Below are positions 39,229-47,884 of a stretch of 64,000 nucleotides of DNA, one piece after another. This DNA comes from a phage. Within the stretch, counting starts at the first letter, position 1; each line of letters opens with the position of its first letter. Location: NCBI GenBank assembly GCA_012112355.1, contig GCA_012112355.1_3028.1. The stretch is one strand, 5' to 3'. The notes under the pieces were generated by a model. The model saw nothing but the letters and a program-made list of their open reading frames with translations, did no database searches and was not told the origin of the DNA. Made by a program: the position numbers and the translations under genes.

Positions 39229-39429
39229 ATGGTACAAAAATTAATGGCACTTGTTAATGCCATAAAAGGTAATAAAAAACGTATAGCTTTTACTATTTCT
39301 GCTATGGTAGGAATTTTACTCTGGAACTTTATTTTATCACCAATTGCAATTGCGCATGGTGTTAATATTCCAGTAGTTACTCTTGATACATTTGTAGATT
39401 TAGCATTTGCTTTAGTTGGGTTGATTTAA
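39229..39429 (+). CDS. hypothetical small membrane protein, the only plus-strand ORF in the minus-strand early region
   Basis: 66 aa, two hydrophobic segments; AAGGAGG seven nt upstream of the ATG; stop overlaps the gene 61 stop on the other strand. Confidence 0.45.
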   Translation: MVQKLMALVNAIKGNKKRIAFTISAMVGILLWNFILSPIAIAHGVNIPVVTLDTFVDLAFALVGLI

Positions 39430-40454
39430 ATCTTAGCATATTTAGATAGCCGCATTTTAGCCATCAACCCCTGGGCAATATTATTTTTCATATATTCCAT
39501 AATTTGTTCAGGGGTTGCACCTTCCTTTCTAATCATATCATTAACATCTTTAGATTTCCAGGGAGATTTATCCCAAAACATAATCCTTTCTCCTGCATCA
39601 ACTAATTTAGTCATTCGTTTGATAGTGTCAGGGTGACGAGGTTCATTATCTAAAACCCACACTCGTCTATCTTTAAATGGAACAACTTCTAGGTCTAATT
39701 GACCACCCGTAATAGCTATACCATTTTCAATAAAAAGTGAATCTATAGGTCCTTCTAGAACATATACATCACCATCTTTAACTCGTTCGACTCCATATAT
39801 TTTTGTTGCCTCAGGATAAGCTTTAATGGTGATATATTTTTGAGGAGCATCTTTCTTTAATGCACGTCCTTGAAAAGACTCAGCTTTTCCATTAGCATTA
39901 TAAATTGGAATAACAAGACGAGGCTCAGAAATTTCCTTTTTGTATGTTCCTGGTGCTATGCTATTAACTAATTTAGGCCATTCGGTTGTAAACCAAAGAT
40001 ATTTCCATTTATCATTTGGAATACAACGAGCTTTTACATATTTTATAATTGGATGGTCTTCCGCCAGTTTATCTAATCTAACACATGACGGAAGAGATTT
40101 AATTATTTTCTTCTCAGGTTGTTTAGGAAGTTCTTTAGGTTTTTCTACTGGACGACTTTTACCTTTTTCTTTTCTTATTTCAAAGATATACTCACGATAT
40201 AAATCGGGTTCAAACTCCTTTAAATATATTCCGATTGGTGCATGATAGTTACAGTTATAACAATGAATATTTCCTTCATTATTATCACCATAATACCATC
40301 CACGAGCTTTATTCTGGTCGGTTTTTGAATCTCCACAAACAGGGCATCTAAACCGCAATTTAAAAGTTGAACTATTATTTACTTGTGTGAATTTAGGTAA
40401 ATGAGTTAATGCACGGTATGCAAACTCATTATCAATCCAAGGTATTGATGACAT
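39426..40454 (-). CDS. 61: DNA primase gp61
   Basis: 342 aa as T4 gp61; N-terminal zinc-binding CPVCGDS...CYNC followed by a TOPRIM region. Confidence 0.9.
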   Translation of the reverse strand: MSSIPWIDNEFAYRALTHLPKFTQVNNSSTFKLRFRCPVCGDSKTDQNKARGWYYGDNNEGNIHCYNCNYHAPIGIYLKEFEPDLYREYIFEIRKEKGKSRPVEKPKELPKQPEKKIIKSLPSCVRLDKLAEDHPIIKYVKARCIPNDKWKYLWFTTEWPKLVNSIAPGTYKKEISEPRLVIPIYNANGKAESFQGRALKKDAPQKYITIKAYPEATKIYGVERVKDGDVYVLEGPIDSLFIENGIAITGGQLDLEVVPFKDRRVWVLDNEPRHPDTIKRMTKLVDAGERIMFWDKSPWKSKDVNDMIRKEGATPEQIMEYMKNNIAQGLMAKMRLSKYAKI

Positions 40455-40456
40455 TT

Positions 40457-40621
40457 TTACTCTTCTTTTTCTTTAGATTCCTCTTTTTTCTTTTTAGGAA
40501 TCTGTTCAGGACCTTTATTTACTACAGCGCCTGACGTTGTTCCAGTAGAGATATTTTCAGGATTACCACCTGAATCTCCAGCGACTATATCTTCTTTGAT
40601 AAATTCTTTATATGTTTTCAT
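40457..40621 (-). CDS. hypothetical small acidic protein (~54 aa), below track cutoff
   Basis: Manual translation MKTYKEFIKEDIVAGDSGGNPENISTGTTSGAVVNKGPEQIPKKKKEESKEKEE; its ATG lies inside repeat copy A. Coordinates approximate. Confidence 0.3.
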   Translation of the reverse strand: MKTYKEFIKEDIVAGDSGGNPENISTGTTSGAVVNKGPEQIPKKKKEESKEKEE

Positions 40622-40667
40622 ATTAACCTCTATTCATAAAAGCATTAAAAATTTGGTCATCAATAGA
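40619..40667 (-). repeat. direct repeat copy A (~49 bp) spanning a stop/start junction
   Basis: catattaa(c)ctctattcataaaagcattaaaaatttggtcatcaataga; one mismatch against the copy at 40977-41025. Confidence 0.6.
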
Positions 40668-40979
40668 TGGCGCAGTAATATTTTCTGCATCATTTAGCAA
40701 ATCATTAATTTCATCAGATAGCATAACACATGTACCTTTATTTCCTGTAATTGTTACTGCACAATTACGAACGTTTTCTTTATCAAATTTTAGGTTAATA
40801 TTTTCGTAGTGAAAATCCTTTAATGCCGAATATATCTTTAAAATGAAATTGTCTTTTACTACAATAAACCCAACCTCACTATTAAAACGCGGTTCATGGA
40901 AACTGTAATAAACCTTTTCATCTATGAAATCGTATGAAATTTTTTCCATTTTTAAATATGAAAATTCAGAACTATACAT
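40623..40979 (-). CDS. hypothetical protein (61.1-like position), paralog of the next ORF
   Basis: 118 aa; ends SIDDQIFNAFMNRG; has one VVKDN-FILKIY unit. Confidence 0.5.
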   Translation of the reverse strand: MYSSEFSYLKMEKISYDFIDEKVYYSFHEPRFNSEVGFIVVKDNFILKIYSALKDFHYENINLKFDKENVRNCAVTITGNKGTCVMLSDEINDLLNDAENITAPSIDDQIFNAFMNRG

Positions 40980-41025
40980 ATTAATCTCTATTCATAAAAG
41001 CATTAAAAATTTGGTCATCAATAGA
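40977..41025 (-). repeat. direct repeat copy B (~49 bp)
   Basis: catattaa(t)ctctattcataaaagcattaaaaatttggtcatcaataga; encodes the last 14 codons of the 210-aa ORF plus TAATATG. Confidence 0.6.
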
Positions 41026-41613
41026 AACATTTACTTTAGGCTGTTCTTCAAACGGTAATTCATATCCACATATTACAATTTTGTGATCGATACCAAAATA
41101 CACAGAAGCAATATTATTAATATTATTTTCAGTGAAATCTAAATCAACATCAATATCTTTTTGACTAACGCTCAAAGGATAATTAATACGAATAATTCGA
41201 TTATCTTTAACAAAGATTCCACCGACATACTCTGTGCTGCGTTTAAAGTTTACACGTTTCCTAAATGAAAAATATTCAGGTTCTTTATGGGCTCGACTCA
41301 TAGGGCTTAAAGTGTATTCCGAATATGAAATATCAAATCCTACACCTTCAATATGAGCCAAAGTGTCATGATTAAACCAATTATAATCGTATGCCAAATC
41401 CATTAAATTGTAATATGTGAAAGGCACCGGATTAACATCATATGTTGTACCTTTAAAATCTGCCCAGGCAACGATTTCGTTATCTTTAACAATTACAAAA
41501 ATTGTGCCAATAAGATATCCACGGTTATTTTCATCAGGCGTTATATTATAACATTGTGCATCAGGAAATTTACCGTATTTAAACGGTGGATTTTTGTGCA
41601 TATAATAAATCAT
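40981..41613 (-). CDS. hypothetical protein (61.2-like position)
   Basis: 210 aa; two VKDN-containing units (FVIVKDNEIVAW, GIFVKDNRIIRINY); ends SIDDQIFNAFMNRD. Confidence 0.5.
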   Translation of the reverse strand: MIYYMHKNPPFKYGKFPDAQCYNITPDENNRGYLIGTIFVIVKDNEIVAWADFKGTTYDVNPVPFTYYNLMDLAYDYNWFNHDTLAHIEGVGFDISYSEYTLSPMSRAHKEPEYFSFRKRVNFKRSTEYVGGIFVKDNRIIRINYPLSVSQKDIDVDLDFTENNINNIASVYFGIDHKIVICGYELPFEEQPKVNVSIDDQIFNAFMNRD

Positions 41614-41614
41614 A

Positions 41615-41908
41615 TTATTCGCCTGTGATTTCGGTTACGATATTTTTGTTATTAAAGTTTTTATCGCAATACAGAACATAATTATACTGCATTACACCAC
41701 CAGACTTAAGTTGTTTTTGCACTTCAGCTTTCATTTCAGGACGATCGCGCTCAACGATATTCATAATATCCGCTTCAATTTGAGTTTCAACTTCAGTCTG
41801 ATCTGCAGTCATAGACCATTCACACAAATCTTTATCATATCCTGCCATAGCAGGCTGAGCAGCACAAGAAGCCAAAGTAAAAATTGTAGCAAAAATAAAT
41901 TTTTTCAT
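41615..41908 (-). CDS. sp: periplasmic Spackle protein Sp
   Basis: 97 aa as T4 Sp; MKKFIFATIFTLASCAAQPAMA signal peptide. Confidence 0.8.
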   Translation of the reverse strand: MKKFIFATIFTLASCAAQPAMAGYDKDLCEWSMTADQTEVETQIEADIMNIVERDRPEMKAEVQKQLKSGGVMQYNYVLYCDKNFNNKNIVTEITGE

Positions 41909-41968
41909 GATAATCTCCTCAGTAGTTTATGTTTATATAGTATCTCAATTTCCAACAAAAGTAAACAG

Positions 41969-42280
41969 TTATTTTAAAATTTCTGCGTAATCACATGTTA
42001 CAAACTGTTTCTCTAGCTTGACGATTTTACGAAAGTATCTTTTGCATTGGCGAATCTGCCTCTTCGTAGGACGTACAGCAAACTTAATAAATTCCACTCG
42101 ACCAAATGGAGGACTTTCTTCTGCTGGAATATCTAACACCAATTCCCACGTATCTGCAATAAGTGCTTTGAATTGAGTATTTTTCCTGACGTTATACGGA
42201 GTAGGTTTAAATAAAACAATATGCATATTATCCTCGGCAATCCACTTCGCACACTTTCTTGTCATCAATGAAAGCTTCAA
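41969..42280 (-). CDS. hypothetical basic protein (61.4-like position)
   Basis: 103-aa ORF between dmd and sp. Confidence 0.45.
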   Translation of the reverse strand: MKLSLMTRKCAKWIAEDNMHIVLFKPTPYNVRKNTQFKALIADTWELVLDIPAEESPPFGRVEFIKFAVRPTKRQIRQCKRYFRKIVKLEKQFVTCDYAEILK

Positions 42281-42410
42281 CTAATGCTTTATTAACTTCA
42301 GCATATTGAGTAGTAGCCCATTGAACGTCATCTTTCATCATTGTGATTTCTTTAGTAAACATACTTTCGTTCTTAAACCACCCCATAAAAACTACTTTTA
42401 CCAATTCCAT
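42228..42410 (-). CDS. dmd: Dmd, discriminator of mRNA degradation (antitoxin against RnlA/LsoA)
   Basis: 60 aa, MELVKVVFMGWFKNESMFTKEITMMKDDVQWATTQYAEVNKALVEAFIDDKKVCEVDCRG; matches T4 Dmd. Confidence 0.85.
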   Translation of the reverse strand: MELVKVVFMGWFKNESMFTKEITMMKDDVQWATTQYAEVNKALVEAFIDDKKVCEVDCRG

Positions 42411-42439
42411 AACAATCTCCTCATTTAACCAACAAGACT

Positions 42440-42469
42440 ACTATACCATAGTCTTGTCAGCTTGTAAAC
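42440..42469 (-). promoter_or_regulatory. T4-type early promoter upstream of dmd
   Basis: GTTTAC-aagctgacaagactatgg-TATAGT on the minus strand. Confidence 0.45.
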
Positions 42470-43896
42470 TAAAATTTTAATTCATTCGCCAAAGCATCTA
42501 ACTGAGCTCGAGTGGATTCATTTCTTTGATAGCGATTCTGCTCAGCCTGAATCTGTTGTGAACCTGCTACTTCACTCACTTCAGTTGGAGTAGAATCTTG
42601 TTCAATTTCTACCCATTTTTGGTTTCCTTTTTGAACACCCATCAAAAACTTATTCCACTTATTCTTATCACCATATCGTGATTTGATTTGCTTAATGAGT
42701 TGCTGTTCAGCAGCTGCTAGCTCCTCGGTTTCAATGACCGCAAGCATAAAATCAGCTGTTGCTGGAAGACCAGCAGATTCTGCGATATCACTCATGTTAA
42801 CATCAGAAGAGTCCCAAGCTTGTTTACCGACCTGTGCTGCAGTCCAAAGAACAGTTTCGGTTTCAACAGCAAGAGCACGCAATTCCTCTGCAATAGCTTT
42901 AACAGTTGCGTAACTATTTTCTGAATAAACTCTAATGCGGCAAGATTTACAAATACCTAGATAGTCGACAATAATGATTGTTGGAACAAAATTCTTTTTG
43001 AGCTTCAATTCATTCAAGAGAGACCTGAATGTGTTAGCATCTGCCCCACCAGTAGGGTACTGTTTAACAATTAAACGACCGAGAGTAGATTTCTCACGCC
43101 ATTTTTCCATTTTTCCTTTATACTCAGCGTAAGAAATATGCCCATCATCAATGTCATCAAGAGAAACATCGAGCATATTAGCGTCAATACGTTTAGCACA
43201 GACTTCTTCTGCCATTTCCATGGAGATATAAAGAACGTTATGTCCAAGCTGTAAATAATCTGCTGCTAATGAACACAATCCTAATGATTTACCAACGTTA
43301 ACGCCAGCCATTAAAACGTTCAGTGTTCCAGTTTCAGCTCCGCCTTTAGTAATTTTGTTTAGAATTCTGAGTTTAAATGGAACCTTACGAGCTTTATTCA
43401 TATAAGATAGCCAACGTGCTTCATAGTCATCCATCCAATCATGGCCAACGTAGCTATCAAATGAAATTGATAATGCTTGTCGCATGATGTCAGGAATAGC
43501 ACCAACATCCGGCATTTTCTTATTTCGTTTTTCCGGAGGAAGCTCAGCATTAGTTTGAATTTCGATTATTTTAGACGTAGCATTAAACATCGCCCTTTGC
43601 TGAACATATTTTTCTGTTTCTTTTACTAACCAGCTGTGGTCTTCCGGAGAATCAGCCAGTTTTGAAATAAGTGTTTTTACACCAGAATATTCTGTTTCAG
43701 TAAATGAACTATTTTCTAATGCAACATTTAACGCATTAATAGATGGAACGCTATGATACTCATTAACATGAGATTTAATTAATTTGAATGTATTTTTAGC
43801 TGGACCACTTTCAAAATATTCTGAATCCATATATGGCCAAACTTTTGAAAAATAAGCTTGATCAAATATGAGATGAGAAAGAATAATTTCTACCAC
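42469..43896 (-). CDS. 41: replicative DNA helicase gp41 (DnaB-like)
   Basis: 475 aa as T4 gp41; MVEIILSHLIFDQAYFSKVWPYMDSEYF; Walker A GVNVGKS. Confidence 0.9.
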   Translation of the reverse strand: MVEIILSHLIFDQAYFSKVWPYMDSEYFESGPAKNTFKLIKSHVNEYHSVPSINALNVALENSSFTETEYSGVKTLISKLADSPEDHSWLVKETEKYVQQRAMFNATSKIIEIQTNAELPPEKRNKKMPDVGAIPDIMRQALSISFDSYVGHDWMDDYEARWLSYMNKARKVPFKLRILNKITKGGAETGTLNVLMAGVNVGKSLGLCSLAADYLQLGHNVLYISMEMAEEVCAKRIDANMLDVSLDDIDDGHISYAEYKGKMEKWREKSTLGRLIVKQYPTGGADANTFRSLLNELKLKKNFVPTIIIVDYLGICKSCRIRVYSENSYATVKAIAEELRALAVETETVLWTAAQVGKQAWDSSDVNMSDIAESAGLPATADFMLAVIETEELAAAEQQLIKQIKSRYGDKNKWNKFLMGVQKGNQKWVEIEQDSTPTEVSEVAGSQQIQAEQNRYQRNESTRAQLDALANELKF

Positions 43897-43905
43897 ACTT
43901 ACTCC

Positions 43906-44268
43906 TTAAAAGAATTTAAATTTTTTCTTTGACCTTTTATTAAATGCATCTTGCAGTTGCATTGTAATACATTTTTCTACATGAGGAGCTAACTCAGCTT
44001 TTCTTTCTTGGTCAAGAACAGCAAAGTCCATTACAACCTTTCCATCAACCCAATCCAGTTTTGTTACATACACAATGTGTGTAGAACCATCTTCTAGTTT
44101 AATGACAATCTCCTGGATAACATTTTCCATAGCGGATTTAATTATCTTAAGAGATTCATTAAAAAGACGTTCTTTTCTTTCTTCTTCCCCCTCCGAAGAG
44201 GGGGATTCATCGATAATTTCTAGATCTAAATCTAAATCATCTTTATTCATTAAATTCTTCCATATCAC
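43906..44268 (-). CDS. 40: head vertex assembly chaperone gp40
   Basis: ~114-120 aa ORF between uvsX and 41 as in T4. Confidence 0.65.
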   Translation of the reverse strand: MIWKNLMNKDDLDLDLEIIDESPSSEGEEERKERLFNESLKIIKSAMENVIQEIVIKLEDGSTHIVYVTKLDWVDGKVVMDFAVLDQERKAELAPHVEKCITMQLQDAFNKRSKKKFKFF

Positions 44269-45424
44269 TTAACTGCTCGAGGTCAGTTTCTAAATCAGCA
44301 GCTGATTTACTTTTACTTTCTGGAGATTTAAATTTTTCAACCTTTGAGTTAATCAATTCATCAACTTCAGCTTCAACAATTTCATTACTATCAATAGCAC
44401 CTAACTGATAAGCACGTTTAATAGCATCTCGGAATGGTTGATGCTTAAATAAAGGACCCCAGAATGTAGTGCAGTTGGTATCTTTTGCACGCCAAGATTT
44501 TTCTTCGCGAACCATCTCGCCGGTTTCTTCATCAAGAAATTCACGAGCATACCAGCCATTTTTAGGTTTTACCACGAATCCTAATTCTAGAGCCATATCT
44601 AACAATCCAGAATAAGGATCGATACCACCGTCAAATTTAACATCAATAAAGAATTTACTTTTTTCTTTAACGGTACGAGATTTTTCTACATTTAGAACAA
44701 ATTGATACCCCTGAAGATCAGAACCATCTTTAATTTGACGTTTACCGATAATGAATACAGTATCAGCCGAATACATTACGCCTGTACCACCTGTCATCAC
44801 GGTTTTACTAAACATTTCAATGGTTTCAATTGTATGGTTAACCGCAACGCACGGAATATTTTTAATGCTAAAATAAGGAGTAACAATACGGAATAATGAC
44901 TTCAGTGATTTAGCACGAGTCATATCTGCCACAGATTTTTCATTCAAGGCATCTTCAGTTTCTTTCTTAGAAGCCATATTACCAATTGAGTCGATGAATA
45001 CAATAACCTTTTCACCACGCTCAATAGCTTCAAGCTGGTTCACCATATCAATTTTCAGCTGTTCAACTGACTGAATCGGCGTATGAATTACTCGTTCCGG
45101 GTCAACTCCCATGGATCGCAAATAAGCTGGAGTAATACCAAATTCGCTATCATAGAATAGACAAACCGCGTCAGGATATTTGTTTAAATATGCCGCAACC
45201 ATAGTCAAAGACATATTTGATTTAAAGTGTTTAGAAGGCCCTGCGAAAATAGTTAAACCAGACTGCATACCGCCATCAATCGCACCAGAAATAGCGATAT
45301 TAAGCATTGGGATTTTTGTACGGATTACATCCTTTTCATTAAAGAATTTAGATGTAGTCAGTTCAGCAGTCATTTTAGAAGTGGAAGCTTTAATCAAACG
45401 GGATTTTAAATCTGCAATAGACAT
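44243..45424 (-). CDS. uvsX: recombinase UvsX (RecA-like)
   Basis: 393 aa; MSIADLKSRLIKASTSKMTAELTTSKFFNEKDVIRTKIPMLNIAISG...GPSKHFKS (Walker A). Confidence 0.9.
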   Translation of the reverse strand: MSIADLKSRLIKASTSKMTAELTTSKFFNEKDVIRTKIPMLNIAISGAIDGGMQSGLTIFAGPSKHFKSNMSLTMVAAYLNKYPDAVCLFYDSEFGITPAYLRSMGVDPERVIHTPIQSVEQLKIDMVNQLEAIERGEKVIVFIDSIGNMASKKETEDALNEKSVADMTRAKSLKSLFRIVTPYFSIKNIPCVAVNHTIETIEMFSKTVMTGGTGVMYSADTVFIIGKRQIKDGSDLQGYQFVLNVEKSRTVKEKSKFFIDVKFDGGIDPYSGLLDMALELGFVVKPKNGWYAREFLDEETGEMVREEKSWRAKDTNCTTFWGPLFKHQPFRDAIKRAYQLGAIDSNEIVEAEVDELINSKVEKFKSPESKSKSAADLETDLEQLSDMEEFNE

Positions 45425-45501
45425 TCATTTTTTCCATAGGCATCATTATATTTTCCTCACTGGTTAAAGATAGAGTAATTATAACACAATAAATTTAGGC
45501 A

Positions 45502-46350
45502 TTAATCAACTGCTATCGGATGAATAGCATTAAACTTATGAAATGCTTCTGATTTTTCTTTGCGCGAAACACACATGCGAAGAACCTTTAATGGCTCGTC
45601 TTCTTCACCCAACGATTTTCGTTTTTCAATATTCGATGTTTTCCAACGAGCTTGCTCTGGAAACTCTCTATTGATTTGCTCGAGCGCTCTATTATGTTTA
45701 GAATTACTACGAATTGAACTGCACCCGCCAGGAGCTTGTGCTTTTCCAGATACAACCAGATATTTGAACAAGGCCAAATGCGGATAACCTTGATTAATTA
45801 AATTGAGAAATGCATACATATCTTCGCATAAATCAATTTTTCCATACCCAATTTGTTCTGTCGTAAGTTTTCCGAGGTCATACCATGTATTCGTGAATCC
45901 ATATGAATTTTCACGATAATTACCCCAAGATGAAGTAATTTTAAAAATAGGTAGACGAGCATGGCCATGATAATACCCACAATCCATGGCATCCTCAACA
46001 TATTGAATCAATTCATAGAACTGTTCACGGGTTAATTGATTGACTTTATCTACACAACGACGGTCATCTCTTTTTCGCATTGAACTCATACGAATAGTAG
46101 TATCATCGTCAATCATCCAGATTCGTTGACCTGCATACATATCAGTAATTGCTTTACGAGTACCAGCAATTCCATTTACATCGTCAGGAATAGTTATAAT
46201 TTTAGCTCTAGACCCATAGGCATCATAATAAGCTTTTTCTTCATGTTCACGCACTACAATATGGGGTTCATAATTAGTCGGAAACATATCAAGGGCAGAA
46301 ACTGCCCCGACACGCTGATAACTTGGAATTACGAATTGAATCATTTCCAC
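45502..46350 (-). CDS. DNA glucosyltransferase at the bgt locus; probably the T2/T6-type beta-glucosyl-HMC-alpha-glucosyltransferase rather than T4 beta-gt
   Basis: 282 aa between uvsX and 42. T4 beta-gt is 351 aa with a different N-terminus, so this is not T4 beta-gt; family assignment is by position and size. Confidence 0.5.
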   Translation of the reverse strand: MEMIQFVIPSYQRVGAVSALDMFPTNYEPHIVVREHEEKAYYDAYGSRAKIITIPDDVNGIAGTRKAITDMYAGQRIWMIDDDTTIRMSSMRKRDDRRCVDKVNQLTREQFYELIQYVEDAMDCGYYHGHARLPIFKITSSWGNYRENSYGFTNTWYDLGKLTTEQIGYGKIDLCEDMYAFLNLINQGYPHLALFKYLVVSGKAQAPGGCSSIRSNSKHNRALEQINREFPEQARWKTSNIEKRKSLGEEDEPLKVLRMCVSRKEKSEAFHKFNAIHPIAVD

Positions 46351-47081
46351 TCACCTTTATAGTCTTTTTTCACAATATGAGTTTCGCCAGTATTCCACCA
46401 ATGATCAACCAAGTAAAAATGACGAGAATATACATGAAGACTTCCAACATTCCATATAATAGAACCTGCTTTATACTGACGAGTTGAATCGCCTGCATTC
46501 AAATCAGATACTAATTTATCTAATACGTATTTTTGCCATGCATAATCATTACGGAATCCGAAGACCACGTCATTTGAGCGCATGCTTACTACTGCATTGA
46601 CTTTCTTATCACGAATCAGGTACTGTACTGTATTAGTACACATGAAATCTGACATACCATCTTTATTGTAGTCAAATTGCATGGATGGACGAGTATAAAT
46701 CATGATACCACGCCGAGAATCAGGATTTTGACCAAGTTCAGCTAAACACATATCATACTGGGCATAGTTATCTTCTGACCAAATAGCCCAACCATAATTC
46801 GAGTTAATTTCGCCTTTAGAAGATGCTACCTGCTGCCAAATCTTTGGTGTTTCACCTGGAATATCTTTAACAAACAAGCTCTTAGATTTATACCATTCAA
46901 GTTCGCGCTGAATGTATTCATCATTAAGAGCACCAAAAATAAACGGTTCATCTGCTACAAATGATGCGCCAATAATTTCAATAGTTTTAACACCAGTTTT
47001 ATCAACTACGAAATCTTTTTCTTTTAATGCAAGCCCCAAATGAAGACGGATTTCTTCAACTGTCATAGAGTCACTAATCAT
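46341..47081 (-). CDS. 42: dCMP hydroxymethylase gp42
   Basis: 246 aa as T4 gp42; thymidylate-synthase-like fold. Confidence 0.85.
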   Translation of the reverse strand: MISDSMTVEEIRLHLGLALKEKDFVVDKTGVKTIEIIGASFVADEPFIFGALNDEYIQRELEWYKSKSLFVKDIPGETPKIWQQVASSKGEINSNYGWAIWSEDNYAQYDMCLAELGQNPDSRRGIMIYTRPSMQFDYNKDGMSDFMCTNTVQYLIRDKKVNAVVSMRSNDVVFGFRNDYAWQKYVLDKLVSDLNAGDSTRQYKAGSIIWNVGSLHVYSRHFYLVDHWWNTGETHIVKKDYKGEWK

Positions 47082-47085
47082 TTAA

Positions 47086-47238
47086 ACCTCAATTGATACA
47101 TTCATATTTAACTTGTAACAGTAATAAACCCCAACCTAAAATAATAGTTGGAATCATAAGAGGAACCGTTACACTATAGTATATACTTATTATAATCATC
47201 AAGATTAAAAGCAACACTGTTATAATTTTGCTTTTCAT
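47086..47238 (-). CDS. small membrane peptide (~49 aa), below track cutoff
   Basis: Manual translation MKSKIITVLLLILMIIISIYYSVTVPLMIPTIILGWGLLLLQVKYECIN; coordinates approximate (my hand indexing and the track disagree by 1 nt here). Confidence 0.3.
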
Positions 47239-47486
47239 TCCTTCTCTCTGATGATAATTACCTGATTTGGTTGTGCAGACTTTTTAGTTTCACCCGCAAT
47301 TGACCAAATAAATGTAATAAACCAACCAATAATTGACCAGTTAAACAGTAAAGATGTGAAAAAGATTCCTACTGTCGATTTTGACCCACGCATCAAAGCA
47401 ATAAACCATGGAAGCATGTATATAATAATAGCCAACACACCTGAAACTAAAACCATAAAAATTGAACCTGCTACTAAAGTTTCCAT
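47235..47486 (-). CDS. imm: superinfection immunity protein Imm
   Basis: 83 aa as T4 Imm; METLVAGSIFMVLVSGVLAIIIYMLPWFIALMRGSKSTVGIFFTSLLFNWSIIGWFITFIWSIAGE. Confidence 0.85.
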   Translation of the reverse strand: METLVAGSIFMVLVSGVLAIIIYMLPWFIALMRGSKSTVGIFFTSLLFNWSIIGWFITFIWSIAGETKKSAQPNQVIIIREKE

Positions 47487-47493
47487 ATTTTCC

Positions 47494-47874
47494 TCACTTA
47501 GTCAAATTTTTTACGCATGAATTATAAGAATTCACTACATACTCCATCGGAGCATTTTTACCAGTACGCCATTGGTAATTATTGGCCCAATTAGCCCAAA
47601 GCTCGGCGCAGTAGTTTTCAATTTTTTCTTCGCGTGTAATTACATCCGAATTACGATATGCTTGAGCAGATTCATCTGGACGAATAGCTTCGTCAAAATT
47701 CGCCTGCATTTGTTCGACTGTTTGCTTTGGAGCTTCTTTATAACACTTGACATTAGGATTATAAAATTTGCTTGAACAGTTTACAATTTTTCCTGCATCA
47801 GACTGATTTACTACCGGTCCTTGAGCTACACAACCAGTAAGACCTAATGCAATAACCAAAATAGCGATTTTCAT
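47494..47874 (-). CDS. predicted lipoprotein
   Basis: 126 aa; MKIAILVIALGLTGC lipobox; four further Cys. Confidence 0.55.
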   Translation of the reverse strand: MKIAILVIALGLTGCVAQGPVVNQSDAGKIVNCSSKFYNPNVKCYKEAPKQTVEQMQANFDEAIRPDESAQAYRNSDVITREEKIENYCAELWANWANNYQWRTGKNAPMEYVVNSYNSCVKNLTK

Positions 47875-47884
47875 AATAATTTCC

